In this document: positions 53,286-57,962 of the stretch, in pieces | Layout: each line of letters opens with the position of its first letter | Position numbering within the stretch: the first letter of the stretch is position 1 | IMG/VR virus record: IMGVR_UViG_3300032291_002754 | Coordinates: 1 to 57,962 of that record | Reading direction: 5' to 3' (one strand) | DNA from: a virus | Taxonomy: Duplodnaviria > Caudoviricetes | DNA length: 57,962 nt | Program-made: the position numbers and the translations under genes | The notes under the pieces: model-generated | The model's input: only the letters and a program-made list of their open reading frames with translations | The model's database searches: none | Told to the model about the DNA's origin: nothing

Positions 53286-53724
53286 GGTCGAACTGTTCTG
53301 ACAGATCGGAGATTCTGCCCTTGGCCACAAAGCGGAACTCGGCCATCTCACGGTCGCGTTCCGGCAGGCAGGCTATCGCCTCGCGCAGGTGGTCCCTCTC
53401 ATCCGGGGCGCACAGAGAATCCTCCGCGCTGTCCATGCTGACCCTGTCACCGGGCGTCCTGGTCAGGCGGCGGATCGCCTTCAGCATGGCGTTCAGTATG
53501 GAGCGGGCGAAGTATTTCTTGGGGTAGGGCAGGCGGGCAGGATCGTAGGTGCGTGCGCTCTTGCACAGTGCCAGATATCCCTCGCCCTCCAGTTCTGGGA
53601 TGAGTGCGCTGCGCTGCCACGCCGGCCGGTTGGCGACGAAGTAGCGGGCCACCATTGGGACCATTGACTGGTATTCAGTGACGAGCGACTGTTGCCGCTT
53701 GGAGAGCTTGGATTGCTTTTTCAT
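52837..53724 (-). CDS. Sigma-70 family RNA polymerase sigma factor (regions 2 and 4) with a long C-terminal tail
   Basis: ELEGEGYLALCKSARTYDP, LREAIACLPERDRE, ISDLSEQF. Confidence 0.85.
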   Translation of the reverse strand: MKKQSKLSKRQQSLVTEYQSMVPMVARYFVANRPAWQRSALIPELEGEGYLALCKSARTYDPARLPYPKKYFARSILNAMLKAIRRLTRTPGDRVSMDSAEDSLCAPDERDHLREAIACLPERDREMAEFRFVAKGRISDLSEQFDLNMRSASMASRRLARTLASKLGIHADAPAPSGERPGESSESPCPAPTTSCQASQPSGSTKRGRSRGNSGRDHAKNSRGQRVPSPAGKEQKTHPCRDGRAANRKGDCREADRCRKETSSPRVRAARSVRAQTQRTKPTGGRTAGRQARSD

Positions 53725-53875
53725 GCTGGTGAAGTCGCTCGCGGGTATCTGCGACCAGTTCTGGCAGACCTTCCATGGCGTGTGCGATGAGCGTCACCTT
53801 GGCGTGAATGCTCATGGCCCACGGCACAACCGCGACCAACACAGTAGCGGCAATCAGTATCTCGTCAGTTGTCAT
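53675..53875 (-). CDS. Small protein with one TM helix plus coiled coil (holin-like candidate)
   Basis: ILIAATVLVAVVPWAM followed by a coiled coil. Confidence 0.6.
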   Translation of the reverse strand: MTTDEILIAATVLVAVVPWAMSIHAKVTLIAHAMEGLPELVADTRERLHQHEKAIQALQAATVARH

Positions 53876-54098
53876 CGTTCACCCCGCTGGCTATCACCTC
53901 AAGCAACCCCTTGGCCGCATCCTCCGGAAGCGCACCGCGCTTCACGTCATACATGATGCGGCGCACAGCCCTCTGCCAATTGTTCTCTGGGAACACATAG
54001 ACCCACGCGTGTGTGCCATCGCTGGCAGTGGCGCGTATTACCTCTTGCACTTCCCGTTTGGACAGTCTGTTGGCATTGTGCATTGGCAGGCCGTCCAT
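53865..54098 (-). CDS. Hypothetical protein
   Basis: Start MDGLP or MHNAN. Confidence 0.6.
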   Translation of the reverse strand: MDGLPMHNANRLSKREVQEVIRATASDGTHAWVYVFPENNWQRAVRRIMYDVKRGALPEDAAKGLLEVIASGVNDDN

Positions 54099-54265
54099 GA
54101 TTGGTTGTCTCCCGTGCGAACTTGTCCAGTGCCGCGGCACTTCTGGCATTGCGGATCTGGCGGCTTCGGCTGCGGAGCAGGCGCTGGCTGTTCCACGGTT
54201 GCGTGGAGCGCGCTCTGCACGGCACAGATCGCCACGTAGTGCGGTGTGTATGCGTCCCAGATCAT
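54038..54265 (-). CDS. CxxCxGxG Zn-finger protein
   Basis: CQKCRGTGQVRTGD...CQC...C...C. Confidence 0.7.
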   Translation of the reverse strand: MIWDAYTPHYVAICAVQSALHATVEQPAPAPQPKPPDPQCQKCRGTGQVRTGDNQSWTACQCTMPTDCPNGKCKR

Positions 54266-55209
54266 ATGCGTCCAATGCTCCCGAGGTCTGGCAAGGTTCT
54301 GGCAGGGTAGCCACGCACATCGCTGTACGCCCATGCGTCTTCGCTGTCCACGCACACGGCCCAGTCCTCTGCGCGAGTGACGATCATCCCCGGTATCCAC
54401 TTTGGGTACGCCGCCGGCCAGTCATTTACAGGCTTGTTCCACAGCCCCCAGGAATTCGCCACAAAAAAAACTGTGAACGGCCAAAACTCTTTCGTATCGT
54501 CATAACCAACGGTCGCCATATCATGCGCCCACCCGGGCGACACGCGGCCATGCACATTCTTGGAATTGGGGCGAGAGTCCCACGCAGCCATCTGTCCGGA
54601 GTGGATTCCGTAGCCACTGAACAGCGCGTCCATCGCGGACTCCACTGTCTTGACAAGAGCGATGGTCCCTACCTTCCGCTCACGGCATATGTCCTGTACC
54701 GCTTTTGGTACACCCGTCCGCCCCCATCCCTGCCCGAGAGCGCCGTTGTACTTGGACAGATTGACTACGCCCGGGAAATCCTTGCGGGCAGCAAAGCCCA
54801 CATCCCTCTCAAACCGTGACGCCGCTGCCGGCGACATTCCAGATCCGGAATGGCCGCGCGCTCCGTAGGTCGGCTCTGTTGCAGTGCGGGCAAACCAGTC
54901 ACCCACCTCACCTTTGATGAGTAGCGAGACGGCGCGAGTAATGTCACGGGCGTTGCGACTACCATGGGAAACACAATCGCCCTCTGTCTGAACTTCACTG
55001 AACGCACCGGGGTCAAGTTGCGTGTAGTACTGCCACAGCAGGGCGCGTTTGCCTGCGCCGGACTGTGGTACGGAGAACGCTCGCATCGGATTGGAGGACA
55101 GGAATTCCTCGCGCTCCGCTTCGTTCGGGACATAGCCCCTGAATCCGCCCGCTTGGTAGGCGGACAGCAGTTCCTCCGGTCCGCGGAACATCGGCTCATC
55201 GGGCGGCAT
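54262..55209 (-). CDS. Papain-like (C1) cysteine peptidase
   Basis: QTEGDCVSHG, WAHDMATVGYD, ANSWG. Confidence 0.85.
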   Translation of the reverse strand: MPPDEPMFRGPEELLSAYQAGGFRGYVPNEAEREEFLSSNPMRAFSVPQSGAGKRALLWQYYTQLDPGAFSEVQTEGDCVSHGSRNARDITRAVSLLIKGEVGDWFARTATEPTYGARGHSGSGMSPAAASRFERDVGFAARKDFPGVVNLSKYNGALGQGWGRTGVPKAVQDICRERKVGTIALVKTVESAMDALFSGYGIHSGQMAAWDSRPNSKNVHGRVSPGWAHDMATVGYDDTKEFWPFTVFFVANSWGLWNKPVNDWPAAYPKWIPGMIVTRAEDWAVCVDSEDAWAYSDVRGYPARTLPDLGSIGRI

Positions 55210-55609
55210 TGGATACCTCGCGCAGTGCGGCAACCAGTGCGGCTCGCCTGTCAGCGGTCAGTGCCACATTCTCCAGGCCGATGGCCTTGACCAGCATGTC
55301 ATTGACTGCAACGTCCAGGCCGATGTACTTGCCCTTCAGATCAGTGCCGCGGAAAGCCTCGTCCAGAGATGCGGCGTGGACAATGCGGAACAGAGACACG
55401 GTATTGATGTGAGTGCTGCGCTCAACAACGTCTGCCAGCGCGGCGTAGAACGCGGACACGCGGTGGCGGTCATCGTCTGGTGCAAGGCGCAGGGCGATGC
55501 CGACAGGGGCGAGAGGTGCCGGCGGGACCACTGGTTTCTGTGGCATCCACGCGAAGAGGCATACGCCCAAGACAAGCACTGCGATGATGTGTTTGATCAT
55601 GCTTCTCAC
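55196..55609 (-). CDS. N-terminally membrane-anchored protein
   Basis: HIIAVLVLGVCLFAW, Pro linker, helical domain. Confidence 0.7.
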   Translation of the reverse strand: MRSMIKHIIAVLVLGVCLFAWMPQKPVVPPAPLAPVGIALRLAPDDDRHRVSAFYAALADVVERSTHINTVSLFRIVHAASLDEAFRGTDLKGKYIGLDVAVNDMLVKAIGLENVALTADRRAALVAALREVSNAAR

Positions 55610-55613
55610 CTTG

Positions 55614-55880
55614 TTAACACTTCCATGCCCGAAGGGACTTGTTGATTCGGCTGTTTGGATCGCGGGCCGTTTCCTTGCTGGTGAGCTTCTCCTTCATGCC
55701 CTGCATGCGGGCGCAGAATGAGTCGCGCCGTGAGCCGCCCTCCGGCTGCGGGGGCTTGAGGTTGGCACCATGCTCCCGGTTGTATGCGGCCCTGCCCTTG
55801 GCGTTCAGCCCGCCGTTGGGGTTCTGCCCCTCCTTGCGCGCCCACACCTCGTTGCGTAGTTTGCGAATGCGGTCGCTCAT
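55614..55880 (-). CDS. DUF6321-like basic protein
   Basis: WARKEGQNPNGGLNAKGRA...SFCARM...LRAWKC. Confidence 0.8.
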   Translation of the reverse strand: MSDRIRKLRNEVWARKEGQNPNGGLNAKGRAAYNREHGANLKPPQPEGGSRRDSFCARMQGMKEKLTSKETARDPNSRINKSLRAWKC

Positions 55881-56050
55881 CACTTCCTCTTGGACTTGGA
55901 GTCTCGGAAATCGCTGGCCGTTGGTGCGCCATCAGACCCGGGCTTGCGCATCTGCTCGCCCGATCCGTTGGCAATCCGCTTGCGTTTGGCGTGTATGTTC
56001 GCCCAGAGTCCCGGCCGCAGTCTCCGGATGTTGTCTTCTCTGGATGGCAT
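55880..56050 (-). CDS. 56 aa basic protein with GLWANIHAKRKR motif
   Basis: MPSREDNIRRLRPGLWANIHAKRKR...; not in the ORF track. Confidence 0.8.
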   Translation of the reverse strand: MPSREDNIRRLRPGLWANIHAKRKRIANGSGEQMRKPGSDGAPTASDFRDSKSKRK

Positions 56051-56361
56051 TAGGTGTCCTTGTCCTTCGGCCGACGTGGCTCTACCAATTCCAGTTCGCC
56101 AGTCTTCGGATTAATTTGCAGCGACTTGTGGGGGTAAGGCTGTGTCACGTTTTGATTGAGTCCGCGGTCGTTGACCCGCGCAGTGATCCTGTCTCGGTAC
56201 ACACCACCCTCATTGGAATGCGTCAGAGGCGATGCATTGCCAAGCATGCTGGTGTTGTAGGACTTGAGTACAGGGTCGTTCACGCCCATCTCTTCGTATG
56301 GCGTACGCTCTTCTTTGCGCGGCCTGCGAAGTCGGCGGATGTTGTCTTCTGGAGTTGGCAT
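56050..56361 (-). CDS. Hypothetical protein
   Basis: Start MPTPEDNIRRLR; TGATG coupling. Confidence 0.7.
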   Translation of the reverse strand: MPTPEDNIRRLRRPRKEERTPYEEMGVNDPVLKSYNTSMLGNASPLTHSNEGGVYRDRITARVNDRGLNQNVTQPYPHKSLQINPKTGELELVEPRRPKDKDT

Positions 56362-56570
56362 CACTTGATCTCCAGCAGAGTCTGAATCAAGGCGTTGCAT
56401 GCCTGCGTCACGGGTGGCGTCTTGTACTGGTCGCGGACTGCAATGACGTTGCGGAGGTGAGACAGCAACGAGTCCGGTGCCGCCTGCGTTGGCACCTTGA
56501 TCAGTGGGATCAGATACAGACCTAGCAGGCAGATGACGGCCGCGATGGAGATGATTTGTGGAATGGTCAT
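56361..56570 (-). CDS. Small membrane protein (holin-like candidate)
   Basis: MTIPQIISIAAVICLLGLYLIPLI TM segment. Confidence 0.65.
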   Translation of the reverse strand: MTIPQIISIAAVICLLGLYLIPLIKVPTQAAPDSLLSHLRNVIAVRDQYKTPPVTQACNALIQTLLEIK

Positions 56571-57451
56571 ACGATTGCCCTGCATCCTTGGGAGACTATG
56601 CTTGCCGGATTGATCAGCCCCCACCCGTACACTTCGTCTAGGCCGGGAGCGCCGACATCCATGGAGGTCATTCGTATGATGTCGTTGGCTGAAGACCCGG
56701 CGCCAGCGCCACATGCGCCTCTGGCTAGAGCCAAGACGCCGGCCACAAACGGCGCGGCCATGGAAGTTCCAGACAGGCAGGCCACGCCGCCGTCAAGCCA
56801 CGCCGATACGATCTCGCAGCCCGGTGCGGCAACGTCGATCTCCCGGCCGCGGCAGGAGAACTCGCATGCCCTGCCGTCCTTGTCCACCGCGCCGACCGCG
56901 ACCGTCTCGGAGTACGCGGCCGGGTAGTTCACGGCACCGCCGTCGTTCCCCGCGGCGCAGACAATCGTCACTCCGCTCTTCGATGCGGCCTTGATTGCCT
57001 CATGCAGCGGGCCGCAGTCGGCCGGCGCACCCAGCGACATCACAATGATCTGGCAATGGCGTTCTGTGGCGTACCACACGGCGCGTGCGATGGCCTCCAT
57101 GGATCCTGCACCGGAGTGGCCAAGCACCTTGCAACTGATGATCTCGCAGCCGGGGGCAATACCCTTGACCGCGCCTCTGCCCCCGACGATGCCGGCGACA
57201 TGTGTGCCATGGCCGACCGTGTCATATGGGCTGGAGTCGGTGGTGAAGTTGCGATGCTCAAGCACAGCACCCTCTAGGGCTGGATGCCCCGGGACGATGC
57301 CGGTGTCCAGAACACCCACCCGAATCCCGGCCCCTTGGTGGCGCTGCCAAAGGGCCGGGATTGCGTACGCGTGGAGGGACCAGTCAATGCCCGAGGAGGG
57401 GAGGGCATGGATGACGGCTTCGACACGGTACGGCGGGAGGTGGGCGATCAC
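56567..57451 (-). CDS. Subtilisin-like (S8) serine protease
   Basis: VLDTG, HGTHVAG, AAGN, GTSMAAP. Confidence 0.95.
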   Translation of the reverse strand: MIAHLPPYRVEAVIHALPSSGIDWSLHAYAIPALWQRHQGAGIRVGVLDTGIVPGHPALEGAVLEHRNFTTDSSPYDTVGHGTHVAGIVGGRGAVKGIAPGCEIISCKVLGHSGAGSMEAIARAVWYATERHCQIIVMSLGAPADCGPLHEAIKAASKSGVTIVCAAGNDGGAVNYPAAYSETVAVGAVDKDGRACEFSCRGREIDVAAPGCEIVSAWLDGGVACLSGTSMAAPFVAGVLALARGACGAGAGSSANDIIRMTSMDVGAPGLDEVYGWGLINPASIVSQGCRAIV

Positions 57452-57771
57452 GTATCGTTCTCTCTGGTCAGCGCCGCCTTGATCAGAGCCGCAACGATTG
57501 GGACGATCACGTTCAGAAGCAGGACCGGAGCGATGCCGAAGGACTGCGCCGTCGCGATCTCATTGTCAACTTCCTCCGGCTCAACGGAGTTGGCTCGGAA
57601 CAGAGGGTAGGACTCAATGATCGGCAGGATTGCCTGCGCGATCCTGTAGACGATCTCCAGCTTCGCCGCCAGAGTCAGGCTGTCGGACCACGTAGAGACG
57701 ATGTCGGAAATCTGCCGCAGCACACCCGTATTGGAAATCAGCCACTTGACGATCAGATACTTGTCAGCCAT
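57448..57771 (-). CDS. Hypothetical protein with a C-terminal hydrophobic helix
   Basis: Start MADKY; IAPVLLLNVIVPIVAALI. Confidence 0.7.
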   Translation of the reverse strand: MADKYLIVKWLISNTGVLRQISDIVSTWSDSLTLAAKLEIVYRIAQAILPIIESYPLFRANSVEPEEVDNEIATAQSFGIAPVLLLNVIVPIVAALIKAALTRENDT

Positions 57772-57962
57772 CGGATTTCTCCCGTAGACACGCCACCCCC
57801 AGAACCGCATGACCAGCGATGTCAAGCAGAGTTCTCTGAATATCTATTGCGCTCAACGGGCCACGCAGCCGGCGGATTTTCTCCGCGATCCGGATGGCCT
57901 GGTATCGCCACGCCTCCACCCCGTGATCCTCGCTGGCGAGGGCATTTTCCAGCGGGTGTTCC
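57764..57962 (-). CDS. 3' part of the junction-spanning DUF1599/Nmad1-like gene
   Basis: In-frame continuation from ATG 254; stop TGA at 57764-57766. Confidence 0.7.
   Translation of the reverse strand, partial: EHPLENALASEDHGVEAWRYQAIRIAEKIRRLRGPLSAIDIQRTLLDIAGHAVLGVACLREKSDG
57840..57962. repeat. Terminal direct repeat, copy 2
   Basis: Identical to 1-123. Confidence 0.97.

Noticed and set aside
54463-54470. A8 homopolymer in the C1 peptidase as a phase-variation site
   Set aside because: The frame is intact (VFFV before NSWG) and the tract is short

Overview
The window is a complete, circularly assembled genome (~57.8 kb; bases 1-123 are repeated at 57840-57962) of a GC-rich tailed dsDNA phage. 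It is probably temperate and podovirus-like, since no tape measure, tail tube or sheath gene is evident. A Planctomycetota-like host is inferred only from remembered protein motifs. The minus strand carries a recombination/replication module (RecE-like exonuclease, ERF annealase, SSB, SF2 helicase, HNH, Holliday junction resolvase), the morphogenesis region (scaffold, major capsid, decoration protein, GT2 glycosyltransferase, terminase, portal, 3xLamG fibre, adaptor/nozzle, Gly/Ala/Gln-rich ejection-type proteins), and a cassette with S8 and C1 proteases, small membrane proteins and a sigma factor. The plus strand carries a tyrosine integrase and a ~10.5 kb block of small early genes (gp88-like, C5 methyltransferase, DUF932, serine recombinase). 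The most notable observations are: (1) a candidate attP made of the 5' end and D-arm of a tRNA with a perfect 7-7-7 core symmetry, implying integration in the D-loop; (2) an 8-copy oriented motif CGCCCCGTTRGTTT in the early region; (3) highly structured leaders downstream of two copies of that motif; (4) a GGACACT motif upstream of late genes; (5) a two-protease cassette with no recognisable endolysin; (6) shared N-terminal (EDNIRRLR) and C-terminal hydrophobic tags on otherwise unrelated proteins; (7) several real-looking genes missing from the ORF track, including one that spans the circular junction. All family calls come from motif recognition by eye; no searches were run.
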